From Acidobacteriota bacterium (GTDB lineage Bacteria; Acidobacteriota; UBA890; WLXD01), in NCBI GenBank assembly GCA_965205505.1, contig CBDBHB010000007.1, forward strand, positions 640,001 to 704,000: a stretch of 64,000 nucleotides of DNA, in the 5' to 3' direction. Position numbers and translations under genes: made by a program. Under the pieces are notes generated by a model that was given only the letters and a program-made list of their open reading frames with translations, had not been told where the DNA came from and made no database searches. Shown here piece by piece: positions 48,081 through 57,789 of the stretch. Position 1 is the first letter of the stretch. Each line of letters begins with the position of its first letter.

Positions 48081-49181
48081 TTAGATCCACTCGGAGGGAC
48101 GCGCGGACAGCCTCAACGCTCCGTTCTCGGGCATGCGCTCGAGGATCAGCAACGTGTCGGCGCGCAGCTTGTCGATCTGCACCACCAGTCCCAGCGGCGC
48201 ACCCTCGTAGTCGACGCCGGTGCGCGGGCCGACCTCTTGCTCGATGCTCGGCTTGCTCTGCGCCGCGCGGATGTCGCTCATCGGGATCTTCATCGTGCCG
48301 CGACGGGAGTTGGTCAACAGAACGTACTCCTCGCCATTCTGTTCGAGCAACACCATGTCGATCGGCACGTTGCCAAAGCCGAGCTCGGCGATCGTCTTAC
48401 CGCGCATGCGGTCGGCGCCGCGCATCTCCTCGACCGAGAAAGTCGCCAGCGGCGTGCACAGATAACCGGCGAGCACGTGTTGCTCGCCGTCCAGCTCAAG
48501 CGGCAGGAATGTGTAGATCGGCGCGTGAGTCTCGTACGCTGCGTGCGCACCATGGTAGATCTCGAGCCCGGTGATGTCGGAAGCAGATTCGAACGGCCAA
48601 GGAACCCGCCGCATTGAGGAAGCGAACTCCTCGTTCGACAGACCCGCCACGAACAGCTCGTCGCCGAGCAATTCGATGTCGGTGATCGTCATCGAGCGCG
48701 GGTTTCGACGCTCGCTCGGGTCGTCGTCCGGGGCGTTCGTCAGGTCGTGCCTCGTATAAGCCACCTGCGCCAGGTCGACGTGGTGCACCTGTCCGTCTGG
48801 CGTGACCTTCATCAACGCGGGCGCCGCGTCGTTGCCGCTACCCCGCATGATCGACAGATACGCAACCCCCGACTTGCTGTCGGCCGCCATGTCCTTGACG
48901 AAGATCTCGGACGACGTGGTCCCGAGCATCTCGGCAATCTTGGCGTCGAGGCTGCTTACCGCTTGGAATTCATCCGGCGCCGTGCCAGCGCTGCCGACCT
49001 CCAGCGCGTAGAGCGTGCCGCCGACCGAGTCGACAGCGAAGAGTACGCCGTCGGCGAACTCGAGCGCACCAATCGACCGCATCGGCGGATCGACCAGCGT
49101 GCCTTCCTCATCCAGGTAGATCCAGCCCAGCGACACCGCGATCGCGGCAGCAATGCACCAGGTAAGGACGCGCTTGTTCAT
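48081..49181 (-). CDS. Uncharacterised exported protein, probably a beta-propeller
   Basis: AAGGAG RBS, N-terminal hydrophobic segment, beta-rich; VAGLSNEEFAS, IYHGAHAAYET, YLCTPL, GKTIAELGFGN. Confidence 0.8.
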   Translation of the reverse strand: MNKRVLTWCIAAAIAVSLGWIYLDEEGTLVDPPMRSIGALEFADGVLFAVDSVGGTLYALEVGSAGTAPDEFQAVSSLDAKIAEMLGTTSSEIFVKDMAADSKSGVAYLSIMRGSGNDAAPALMKVTPDGQVHHVDLAQVAYTRHDLTNAPDDDPSERRNPRSMTITDIELLGDELFVAGLSNEEFASSMRRVPWPFESASDITGLEIYHGAHAAYETHAPIYTFLPLELDGEQHVLAGYLCTPLATFSVEEMRGADRMRGKTIAELGFGNVPIDMVLLEQNGEEYVLLTNSRRGTMKIPMSDIRAAQSKPSIEQEVGPRTGVDYEGAPLGLVVQIDKLRADTLLILERMPENGALRLSARPSEWI

Positions 49182-49283
49182 TCCGTTCTCCTTGGGGAGT
49201 TAGTGTCCTCCATGCCGCGAGCATTCTATCGGCAGTAGGCGGCCCGGCGCCATGAACGACCCCCTGGCCGGGGCGCCGGGGCG

Positions 49284-50105
49284 CTAACTTTGCGCCAGCA
49301 CCGGGAAGAGCGGGTGGTCCATCGGGCTACCCGCGGGCAGCTCCTCGTCAATGCCGGGGAACTCGGGCGACGTCTTCCACGGCCGCGGTGCGTGGACCAT
49401 ATCGTCGCCCAACAGGCGCACGGAGAACACACGTCGTCGTTGTGTTCCTCGCACGCCAGCCGCCCCATGCAACGTCAGCATGTGGAAGGCAACCGCATCG
49501 CCGGGCTCGATGGCCCAACGGAGGATCCGGTGGGCGTCGCGATCGGCCTCGATGTCGGGGGCCTCTTCGAGCGAGCCGGCGGGGAACCACCGGGCCTCCT
49601 CCGTCATGAAAGTGCGCGGCATGAGCCAAGGGCCCGTGTGGGAGCCGGCCACGAACTCGAGCGTCCACTCCTCGGGAACCTGATCGACGGGAATCCAGAA
49701 GCTGACGTTCTGGCGCCCGTCAACGTTGTAGAAGGGCTGATCCTGGTGCCACGCAGTGCGTTGCGCAGTGCCGGGCTCTTTCACCAGCATGTGATCGTGG
49801 AAGAGGCGCACCTGGCGCGATTGCATCAGCCGCGCCGCGGCGGAAGCGAGCGCTGTCTCCTCGATGAAACGGCGATATGCGGCGTTGTCCTGCCAGTTGC
49901 AGAAGTCCTCCATGAACCAACCGGGATCATCGGGCCGGCTGGCGACGATCGAGCGTGGGCTCGGCGAGACGATGTTGGAGTCGATGCCTTCGCGCAATAG
50001 CTCGATCTCATCAACGCAGAACAGCCCGCGCACCGCGACGGCGCCATCGCGAGCGTAGTCTTCCACCAGGGTGTCGGGTACGCAGCGCGCGGCTCGATCA
50101 ATCAT
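49284..50105 (-). CDS. Phytanoyl-CoA dioxygenase family (Fe/2OG)
   Basis: LVKEPG..TAWHQD (HxD), GDAVAFHMLTLHGA, RRVFS. Confidence 0.9.
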   Translation of the reverse strand: MIDRAARCVPDTLVEDYARDGAVAVRGLFCVDEIELLREGIDSNIVSPSPRSIVASRPDDPGWFMEDFCNWQDNAAYRRFIEETALASAAARLMQSRQVRLFHDHMLVKEPGTAQRTAWHQDQPFYNVDGRQNVSFWIPVDQVPEEWTLEFVAGSHTGPWLMPRTFMTEEARWFPAGSLEEAPDIEADRDAHRILRWAIEPGDAVAFHMLTLHGAAGVRGTQRRRVFSVRLLGDDMVHAPRPWKTSPEFPGIDEELPAGSPMDHPLFPVLAQS

Positions 50106-50250
50106 TGCCGCCACCTTACAAGACCCGGGCGAGCCTGGTCGGTCGCGGGACACTCAACGGCGACACATGGCAGAGTAGGCCAACGTGGTCGGTGCTCGGC
50201 GTGCTGGCCAACCTCATAGAGGTCGGTCCCAACCGACGGAAAGGGCGGTC

Positions 50251-51486
50251 ATGTCCCCTCGAGCTCCTGGAAAACTGGCGCTCGTCTTCGTGCTGCTGAC
50301 CGTGCTGATGGATACCGTCGGACTGGGGATCATCATCCCGGTCACCCCGGAGCTCATCATGGAGCTGACCGGGGAAGGGCTGAGCCGCGCCTCCATCTTC
50401 GGCGGCTGGTTGGCGTTCTCCTACGCCATGATGCAGTTCGTGTGCGCTCCGATCCTCGGCAACCTGAGCGATCGATTCGGGCGGCGACCCATATTGCTGT
50501 ACTCGGTTGCCTCCCTCGGCATCGACTACCTGGTGATGGCCATGGCGCCGACGATTGCCTGGCTGTTCGTCGGACGTGCGCTGGCGGGAATCGCGGGAGC
50601 CTCGTTTACCACCGCCTACGCGTACATCACCGACATCAGTCCACCGGAGAAGCGGGCACAGAACTTCGGCATGATTGGTGCCGCTTTCGGTGCCGGGTTC
50701 ATTCTCGGCCCGGCAATCGGTGGCCTGCTGGGTGCCTACGGCCCGCGAGCTCCGTTCTTCGTCGCCGCCGGGCTGAGCTTGGCCAACTTCGTCTACGGTA
50801 TGTTCGTGCTGCCGGAAACGCTTGCCGACGACAAGCGGCGCCAGTTCAAATGGCGGCGCGCTAACCCGGTCGGTACTTTGCTGCAGATTCGACGCTATCC
50901 GGCGGTGCTTGGCATGCTGGCGGCGCTCTTTCTGTGGCAGGTCGCACACCAGGTGATGCCGAGCATCTGGACCTACTACACGATGCTCAAGTTCGGCTGG
51001 TCGGAGGCCATGATCGGCGCCTCACTGGCGTCCTTCGGGATCATCATGGTGATTGGCCAGAGCACGCTGCCGCGCATCGTGGTTCCAAAGTTGGGCGAGC
51101 ATCTCACCGCTTCGCTCGGTTTGATCGTCGGCGGCGTGGGGTTCGTCGGCTATGCCTTCGCGTCACACGGCTGGATGATGTTCGCGCTTCAGATCACCTG
51201 GCTGCTCGGCGCCCTGGTGATGCCCTCGACCCAGTCCCTGTTGTCGCAGCGTGTCCCAGCGGATGCGCAGGGTGAGCTGCAAGGAGCGGTGGCGAGCCTG
51301 TTCAGTGTCTCCGCCATTATCGGGCCGCTATTGATGACGCAACTGTTTCGCCGTTTCACGGCGCCCGACGCAATGGTGAGCTTCCCTGGTGTCTCGTTTG
51401 TTTTCGCGGCCCTGCTCGCCACCGGTGCCTTCATCATCCTGAGAGCCAGTGGCGCGCCGCCCCCCCGCACTCCCGAAACCGTCTGA
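50251..51486 (+). CDS. TetA-like (DHA1) MFS transporter
   Basis: [44 protein letters not shown]. Confidence 0.9.
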   Translation: MSPRAPGKLALVFVLLTVLMDTVGLGIIIPVTPELIMELTGEGLSRASIFGGWLAFSYAMMQFVCAPILGNLSDRFGRRPILLYSVASLGIDYLVMAMAPTIAWLFVGRALAGIAGASFTTAYAYITDISPPEKRAQNFGMIGAAFGAGFILGPAIGGLLGAYGPRAPFFVAAGLSLANFVYGMFVLPETLADDKRRQFKWRRANPVGTLLQIRRYPAVLGMLAALFLWQVAHQVMPSIWTYYTMLKFGWSEAMIGASLASFGIIMVIGQSTLPRIVVPKLGEHLTASLGLIVGGVGFVGYAFASHGWMMFALQITWLLGALVMPSTQSLLSQRVPADAQGELQGAVASLFSVSAIIGPLLMTQLFRRFTAPDAMVSFPGVSFVFAALLATGAFIILRASGAPPPRTPETV

Positions 51487-51543
51487 AGCGGCTGTGCCGG
51501 TCGCTGATTCGATCGACGGGCACGGGGCATCGGCGGCGATCCG

Positions 51544-53037
51544 GTGGTAACCCGCGACGGGCGCGTGTACGACGTGGCCATCGTCGGCGGCGGGCCGGCG
51601 GGAGCCGCCGCCGGCCGGCTGCTGGCGCTCTGGGGGTACGACGTCGTGGTGATGACCCGTCGCGAGGACCCGGAGCGCAGCCTGGCGGTGTCGTTGCCGC
51701 CCAGCGTTCGCAAGCTATTGCGTGAGATCGGCGTGCTCGACGCCGTCGACATGGCGGGTTTCGTTCGTTCGACCGGCAACACGGTCTGGTGGGGCGGCGG
51801 CGCGCCCCGCTGCGAGCGCTTTGCCGGAGGTGAGACCGGTTACCAGGTGCGGCACGCGGAGTTTGATGGCTTGCTGCTCGCCGCGGCGGAAACCGCCGGC
51901 GCGACCGTAATTCGCAACGCCAACGTGGTCGAAGTCGCAGTCGAGATCGAGCCCGCACGAGCCCTCTACGCTACGGAGGGCGGTGAGGGCGAAGTATCGG
52001 CGCGCTACGTGCTCGATGCATCGGGGCGACAGGGCGTGGTCGCCCGATCCCTGGGCTGGCATCCGGAGCTCGCGCCGTCGCGCACGGTGGCGTTGATCGG
52101 TACCTGGCGGCGCAAGGATCCCTGGGACCTCGCCGACGACACCCACACCCTGGTGGAGTCGTTTGCCGAAGGCTGGGCATGGTCGGTTCCCGTCGACTCT
52201 GGCCTCCGCTACTTCACCTGCATGCTCGATCCGCAGGTGTCAGAGCTGTCGCGCGGCTCGGTGAAACAGCGCTACCTGACCGCGCTAGAGCGCACCTCGG
52301 CATTCAAGCGGCTGCTCGACGGCGCCAACCTCGACAGCGAGCCCTGGGGTTGCGACGCCTCCTGGTACTGTGCCGAGCGGGTATGCGGCAAACGTTTCCT
52401 GCTGCTCGGCGACGCCGCCTCGTGCATCGATCCGCTGTCGTCGTTCGGGGTCAAGAAGGCTCTGGCGTCGGGCTGGATGGCGGCGATCGTTACCAACACC
52501 TGGGCGCGCGTACCGGCGATGCAAGAAGCAGCCGCCACGCTCTTTGCCGATCGCGAGCGCCAGATGTACGACAGCTTCCGTTCGCAGGCCTCGCGGTTCT
52601 TCAGCGCGGTGGCGGAAGACCATCAGCACCCGTTTTGGACCGGCCGCTCCTTCGGCGAAGATCCGCAGACGGCAACCGACGACATCGACACACTGCGCCA
52701 CGATCACGAAGTGCTGGCGGCGTTCGAGGCGCTCAGAGCAGGCGCGTCGATCCAGTTGATCGCCGAGCCGGCCGTGCGGGTGATCGACGAGCCCGCGATC
52801 AGCGATCGGCGTGTGGTCATGGAACAGCGCCTGGCAACACCCGCCCTTCCCGGCGGACTCCGGTTCCTCCGCGGCGTCGACGTGCCACGGTTGATGGCGC
52901 TGGCGCCAGATCACCAACAGGTACCCGAACTCTTCGCCGCCTACAACGCGCTCTACCCGGCGGTTCCGCTGCCCGACTTTATCGGCGCTTTGTCGGTGCT
53001 TTTGGCCAAGGGGTTCCTCAGAAACGGCGCTGCATGA
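51544..53037 (+). CDS. qhpG: FAD-dependent monooxygenase for CTQ biogenesis
   Basis: IVGGGPAG, GWAWSVP, GDAASCIDPLSSFGV; first gene of the qhp cluster. Confidence 0.8.
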   Translation: MVTRDGRVYDVAIVGGGPAGAAAGRLLALWGYDVVVMTRREDPERSLAVSLPPSVRKLLREIGVLDAVDMAGFVRSTGNTVWWGGGAPRCERFAGGETGYQVRHAEFDGLLLAAAETAGATVIRNANVVEVAVEIEPARALYATEGGEGEVSARYVLDASGRQGVVARSLGWHPELAPSRTVALIGTWRRKDPWDLADDTHTLVESFAEGWAWSVPVDSGLRYFTCMLDPQVSELSRGSVKQRYLTALERTSAFKRLLDGANLDSEPWGCDASWYCAERVCGKRFLLLGDAASCIDPLSSFGVKKALASGWMAAIVTNTWARVPAMQEAAATLFADRERQMYDSFRSQASRFFSAVAEDHQHPFWTGRSFGEDPQTATDDIDTLRHDHEVLAAFEALRAGASIQLIAEPAVRVIDEPAISDRRVVMEQRLATPALPGGLRFLRGVDVPRLMALAPDHQQVPELFAAYNALYPAVPLPDFIGALSVLLAKGFLRNGAA

Positions 53038-53093
53038 TAGAACCCTCCGACAGTTGCTCCCGACTGACCTTTCGCCGCCTGACTGAGGACTCG

Positions 53094-54839
53094 ATGATCC
53101 GAGGGACCGCTTCTCCGCCGGCGCGAATCCTACTCTTGGTTTCGCTTGTAGCCCTCATTGGCGTCGCGCTCGCCGTCCTACCTACTTCGAGCGCCGCATC
53201 CGCCCCACAGTCCGACAGCACTGCGAGCGCGGCCGACGACGACGCAGCTTCCGGCATCCCGGTGAGCGACGCGGCCACCGTGTCGAACTGCAGCTCCTGT
53301 CACGCCGTTGATGACGACGGGCGCATGACGCGGATCTCGTACATCCGCAAGTCGCCGGAGGGTTGGCAACAAACGCTTCGCCGCATGGTGATGCTCAACG
53401 ACGTCGAGCTCGACCCCGCCACGGCCCGCGACATCGTGCGCTACCTGTCCGACAACCACGGGCTGGCTCCCGAAGAGGCCAAACCGGGCGCCTTCGAGGC
53501 TGAGCGGCGGCTAATCGACCACGACTACACCGCCGACGACGACACCGAGACAACCTGCATCCAATGCCATTCGATGGGCCGGGTGATCACCGAGCGCCGC
53601 ACCAAGGACGAGTGGGGGCTGCTTATCGCCATGCACCGCGGCTACTTCCCGTACGTCGACTTTCAAGCGTTCCGGCGTACGCAGCGATCTGGCCCCGCCG
53701 CAGACGACGCCGACTCCGGACATCCGATGGACAAGGCGATCGCGCACCTCTCCGAGGCCTTCCCGCTCGACACTCCCGAGTGGTCGGCATGGTCGGCGAA
53801 CCGTCGACCGGCGCGTCTCGCCGGTCGCTGGGCGGTTGCCGGCCATTCGCCGGGTCGTGGTCCGGTCTATGGCACCGTCGAGATCAGCGTGGTGAACGAC
53901 AGCGACAGCCAGTTCCGCACCGAGGCAGCGCTTACCAACCCGCGCACCGGGACCACCAGGCGACGCAGCGGCCGGGCCGTCGTCTATACCGGCTTCCAGT
54001 GGCGCGGCCGCTCGAGCACTGAAGGCAACCTCATGGGGTCTCTACGTGAGGTGATGTTCGTCGAGCGCGACTGGCGCACGATGGAAGGCCGCTGGTTCAC
54101 CGGCGCGTACGACGAGATCGGCATCGACGTGACCCTGTACCGCGCTGACGTTCCGTTGATCGCGGGCGTCTACCCAGTAGCGCTCCGCAGCGACGGCGAG
54201 TCCAGCGAAGTAACGATCTTCGGTGCCAGTCTGCCGGCCGATGTGACCACAGCGGATATCGATCTCGGCCCAGGGGTCGAGATTACCGAGGTAATCGAGG
54301 CGAGCGACAGCGCGATTCGCGTTCGCGCTAGCGCTGCCGACGACGCCGCGGTCGGCACGCGCGATGTCTTCGTGCGCGACATAGGCCGACCGGAAGGCCT
54401 GGTGGTGTACGAACAGGTCGACTCCATCCGCGTCTCGCCCGAATGGGGCATGGCGCGTCTCGGCGGCGAGGTCGCGCCCAAGCAACTGGCGCAGTTCGAG
54501 GCCTTCGGCACTTCCAACGGGCCTGACGGTGAGCCCGGAACAGCAGACGACCTCGACCTGGGCGTCGTCGAGGTAGACTGGAGCCTCGAGGAGTACTCCG
54601 CGACGTTCAACGACGAGGACCTGGAGTACGTCGGCACTCTCGACGACAACGGCCTCTTCACCCCCGCGGTCGACGGACCGAACCCTGAGCGCGTCGGCAA
54701 CCGCAATAACATCGGCGACGTCTGGGTGGTGGCCGCCTACGACGAGATTGGACAAGAGCACCCGCTACGCGGCCGATCGCACCTTGTGGTAACCGTGCCG
54801 CTCTATCTCAACTGGAGAGGATGGGAGCCGGGCGAATGA
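53094..54839 (+). CDS. qhpA: Quinohemoprotein amine dehydrogenase alpha subunit (dihaem c)
   Basis: Signal peptide; CSSCH, RISYIRKSPEGWQQTLRRM, CIQCH, DGPNPER..NNIGD, LVVTVP. ATG 53094 with GAGG RBS; alternative ATG at 53034. Confidence 0.92.
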   Translation: MIRGTASPPARILLLVSLVALIGVALAVLPTSSAASAPQSDSTASAADDDAASGIPVSDAATVSNCSSCHAVDDDGRMTRISYIRKSPEGWQQTLRRMVMLNDVELDPATARDIVRYLSDNHGLAPEEAKPGAFEAERRLIDHDYTADDDTETTCIQCHSMGRVITERRTKDEWGLLIAMHRGYFPYVDFQAFRRTQRSGPAADDADSGHPMDKAIAHLSEAFPLDTPEWSAWSANRRPARLAGRWAVAGHSPGRGPVYGTVEISVVNDSDSQFRTEAALTNPRTGTTRRRSGRAVVYTGFQWRGRSSTEGNLMGSLREVMFVERDWRTMEGRWFTGAYDEIGIDVTLYRADVPLIAGVYPVALRSDGESSEVTIFGASLPADVTTADIDLGPGVEITEVIEASDSAIRVRASAADDAAVGTRDVFVRDIGRPEGLVVYEQVDSIRVSPEWGMARLGGEVAPKQLAQFEAFGTSNGPDGEPGTADDLDLGVVEVDWSLEEYSATFNDEDLEYVGTLDDNGLFTPAVDGPNPERVGNRNNIGDVWVVAAYDEIGQEHPLRGRSHLVVTVPLYLNWRGWEPGE

Positions 54840-56287
54840 GCATGCGTACGGAAGTAGCGCTGTCGGTGGGCGAGTACCATGCCTTCGAGGCGGCCGGTCG
54901 GCAGTTCCTCTACATGGTTCCCAGTGCCGCGGTATTCGGTCTCGACGAGACGTCAGCGGCGGTCCTCGAGCGTCTCGACGAAAAGCCGATGGCGGCGTCC
55001 GATCTCGTCGACCAGCTCGCCGATCGCTTCGCCCCGGAAGCCGTCTACCATAGCGTCAACGAGCTCATGCAGGTACGCGCCGTCGGCGAGGCCGACGCTC
55101 CACCGCAGCCGCTGGCCAGGCAAATGCCGCCGACGCCGTTCCCGCTGACCACGCTGGTCCTCAACGTCACCAACCAGTGCAATCTGAGCTGCGGGTACTG
55201 CTACGAGTACAGCGAGGACAAGATCGTCGACACCGAGAACGGTCGCCAGCCCAAGTTCATGAGCGAGGAGACGGCACAACAGAGCGTCGACTTCATGATG
55301 GGGGAATCGGCCGAGATCGAGACCGTCCACCTGACGTTCTTCGGCGGCGAGACGCTGATGAACTTCCCCGTCTTGAAGAAGACGGTTGGCTACGCGCGCC
55401 AGCGCGCCGAGCAGCTCGGCAAGGGCATCGAGTTCAGCCTCACCACCAACGCCACCCTATTGCGGCCCGACATTATCGAGTGGCTCACCGAAAACGAGAT
55501 CGGTGTCACTGTGTCGATCGACGGGCCCAAGGAGATGCAGGACGAGCTTCGCGTCTTCAAGGGGGGTGGCGGTACCTACGACATCATCGTGCCCAAGGTG
55601 CGTGAGCTGCTGAAGCGTCATACGACGCGGCCGATCGGTGCCAGGGTCACGCTGACCAAGAACAACTTAGACGTGAAGCGTATCTATCATCACCTGCGCG
55701 ACGATATCGGCTTCAGCGAAGTGGGATTCGCCCCCGTCACCACGTCCTGGGGTCGAGACTGGACGATCGGCGACGACGGCTTCGACAAGATGATGTCCGG
55801 CTTCAGCGAGCTCGCTGAGGAGTTCCTGGAGGCGGCTCTCGACAACCGCCACCATGGCTTCTCGAACGTCAAGGACACTATCGAGGAAATTCACAAAGGC
55901 ATAAGCAAGGCCTATCCTTGTGGCGCCGGGCTCGGGCTGCTCGGCGTGGCTACCGGCGGCGACGTCGCGCTCTGCCACCGTTTCGCGGGATCCGATGAGC
56001 ATAAGCTCGGCACCGTCGAGGCCGGCATCGATCGCAGCCAGCAGCTGCACTTCCTCGAGACTCATCACGTCGACGACAAGACCGATTGCCAGAAATGCTG
56101 GGCACGACCCCTATGCGCCGGGGGCTGTTACCACGAGGCGCACACCCGCTACGGGACTACCCGCGGACCGAACCTCCACTATTGCGACTGGATCCGCGCC
56201 TGGACCGACACCTGTTTGCGCGTCTATGGTGAAATAGCCGAGCACAATCCTGGCTACCTCGCCATCTTCGAAGGTAGGGACCAATGA
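54836..56287 (+). CDS. qhpD: Radical SAM/SPASM thioether-forming maturase
   Basis: CNLSCGYC, FFGGE, CGAG..CHRF..CQKCWARPLCAGGCYHE; ATGA overlaps at both ends. Confidence 0.93.
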   Translation: MSMRTEVALSVGEYHAFEAAGRQFLYMVPSAAVFGLDETSAAVLERLDEKPMAASDLVDQLADRFAPEAVYHSVNELMQVRAVGEADAPPQPLARQMPPTPFPLTTLVLNVTNQCNLSCGYCYEYSEDKIVDTENGRQPKFMSEETAQQSVDFMMGESAEIETVHLTFFGGETLMNFPVLKKTVGYARQRAEQLGKGIEFSLTTNATLLRPDIIEWLTENEIGVTVSIDGPKEMQDELRVFKGGGGTYDIIVPKVRELLKRHTTRPIGARVTLTKNNLDVKRIYHHLRDDIGFSEVGFAPVTTSWGRDWTIGDDGFDKMMSGFSELAEEFLEAALDNRHHGFSNVKDTIEEIHKGISKAYPCGAGLGLLGVATGGDVALCHRFAGSDEHKLGTVEAGIDRSQQLHFLETHHVDDKTDCQKCWARPLCAGGCYHEAHTRYGTTRGPNLHYCDWIRAWTDTCLRVYGEIAEHNPGYLAIFEGRDQ

Positions 56288-56634
56288 AGCACCTGAAGCC
56301 AGTCAACCAGAAGGCCGGGCGCATCGAGCAGCACCTGGCACGCGACGTGGTGGCCTTGAGCGACCCGCAGCAAGGGCAAGCTGTCCCGCAGCAACCCGAC
56401 GAGCCACACATTCCGCTCGGCTGCTCGCTGGTGTTCCAGCCCGGTTGGGAAGTCGACAGCAGCGGAGGGACCGCCGGCCTCTGTTCGCCAGTGGAGCGCG
56501 ACCTGTTCGATTGCTACCTGGGCTGCTTCTGGCCGGCACAGGTACCCGACCAGCTCAACTACACGCCCGACTGGACAAAGACCTGCGCCGCGGCACAGAA
56601 GGATTGGCGCAAGATCGACCTGATCTTCCCGTGA
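56284..56634 (+). CDS. qhpC: Quinohemoprotein amine dehydrogenase gamma subunit precursor
   Basis: MKHLKP leader; Cx8E, Cx5D, Cx7D thioether spacings and the Cx5W CTQ pair; WPAQVPD. Confidence 0.95.
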   Translation: MKHLKPVNQKAGRIEQHLARDVVALSDPQQGQAVPQQPDEPHIPLGCSLVFQPGWEVDSSGGTAGLCSPVERDLFDCYLGCFWPAQVPDQLNYTPDWTKTCAAAQKDWRKIDLIFP

Positions 56635-57773
56635 GCTCGATCCCGGTCTTTGGATCTGGCCCCGGCCGGCGCGTGGTCGTTTCGGCCGCCGTCACGCTGC
56701 TTGTTCTGGGCTTCTTGCTCGGCGGCGCGACAGCCCAGCAGCATCCCACCGGTGGCCAGGCGACGATGTACGTCGGTACCTACGATCACGCGATCACGGT
56801 CATCGACGAGGCCACGATGGCGGTCGTCGACCGAATCGAAACCACTGCGGGGATCCCTCGTAACCTGCAGCTGACGCTCGATCGCCAGCGGCTCTATTCC
56901 ACTAGCGCGGACTTCGAGTACATCGAGATCTTCGATGTCGCCAGCCGTGAGTCGATCGACGCCCACTCGCTGAGCCACGACAACTCGAAGGTGCGGATCT
57001 GGCGAGTCGCCATCCATCCCAGCGAGGAGTACCTCATTCTGCACACCAGTACCGATACGAAGCTCATTGATCGCTTCGAGATCGGACCGCCGGTGTTGCA
57101 GCAGTACAACCTCGAGACGCGCGAGGTCATGCGTGATATCCCCTGGCCGGGCGGCGTGGAACGCGAGTTCAGCCAGATGATGTTTTCGCCCGACGGCGAC
57201 CTACTGTACATCATGACGGAGGAGGTGACGATCCTCGAGACCGAGAGCTTCGAGGAAGTCGACACGTGGGAGATCTCCCGCCCGATGGAGGAGGGAATGG
57301 GGGCGCTGAACTTCGGTATCAGCCCCAACATCTACGACGAGCCCGGCTTCTTCACGGGGCTATTCCGCACCACCGATCCGATCAACGGAAGGCGTCTGAT
57401 GGGGGTGGCACGGGTCAACCTGCCGGACAAGAGCGTCGACTACTACACCCTTGGCCCGTCCATGGGGGTGAGCTTCTCGCTTGCCCCGGATGGCAAGAAG
57501 GCGTACGGCCTGTTCAAGAGCATCGGCCACTACGAGTTCTGGACCTTCGACCTGGAAGGTCGGCGAGTAGAGAGCCGCCAGACCTTTGAGGGGCGTCCGC
57601 GAATGAGCGTCATGCCGAGCTCGAACGGCGAGCTACTCTACGTCTTCAATGCCGGCAACACGGTCGACGTCTACAGCGCCGCCGACTACAGCTACCTGCA
57701 TACGCTGGCGCTGGACGGCGATACCACGACCACACTGATCGTGGTTCCAGCGACGGATTCCGGGCGCCCCTGA
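56631..57773 (+). CDS. qhpB: Quinohemoprotein amine dehydrogenase beta subunit (beta-propeller)
   Basis: GTG 56631 overlaps the qhpC stop; signal peptide; YVTN-like propeller blades; position in the cluster. Confidence 0.75.
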   Translation: MSSIPVFGSGPGRRVVVSAAVTLLVLGFLLGGATAQQHPTGGQATMYVGTYDHAITVIDEATMAVVDRIETTAGIPRNLQLTLDRQRLYSTSADFEYIEIFDVASRESIDAHSLSHDNSKVRIWRVAIHPSEEYLILHTSTDTKLIDRFEIGPPVLQQYNLETREVMRDIPWPGGVEREFSQMMFSPDGDLLYIMTEEVTILETESFEEVDTWEISRPMEEGMGALNFGISPNIYDEPGFFTGLFRTTDPINGRRLMGVARVNLPDKSVDYYTLGPSMGVSFSLAPDGKKAYGLFKSIGHYEFWTFDLEGRRVESRQTFEGRPRMSVMPSSNGELLYVFNAGNTVDVYSAADYSYLHTLALDGDTTTTLIVVPATDSGRP

Positions 57774-57789
57774 GAGCAGGGTTCTCGAC

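Noticed and set aside
50251-51486. Tetracycline-resistance gene; the two SxxK hydrolases as true beta-lactamases
   Set aside because: Family-level motifs only, with no tetR or resistance context; substrates cannot be inferred.
52179-53033. 886-aa version of QhpA in the ORF track
   Set aside because: The first 285 codons overlap qhpG in another frame; the signal peptide and RBS indicate a start at 53094 (or 53034).
54836-56634. Radical SAM + Cys-rich peptide + peptidase + ABC exporter as a novel antibiotic RiPP cluster
   Set aside because: Fully explained by the known QHNDH biogenesis system, including the dihaem alpha subunit and CTQ motif.
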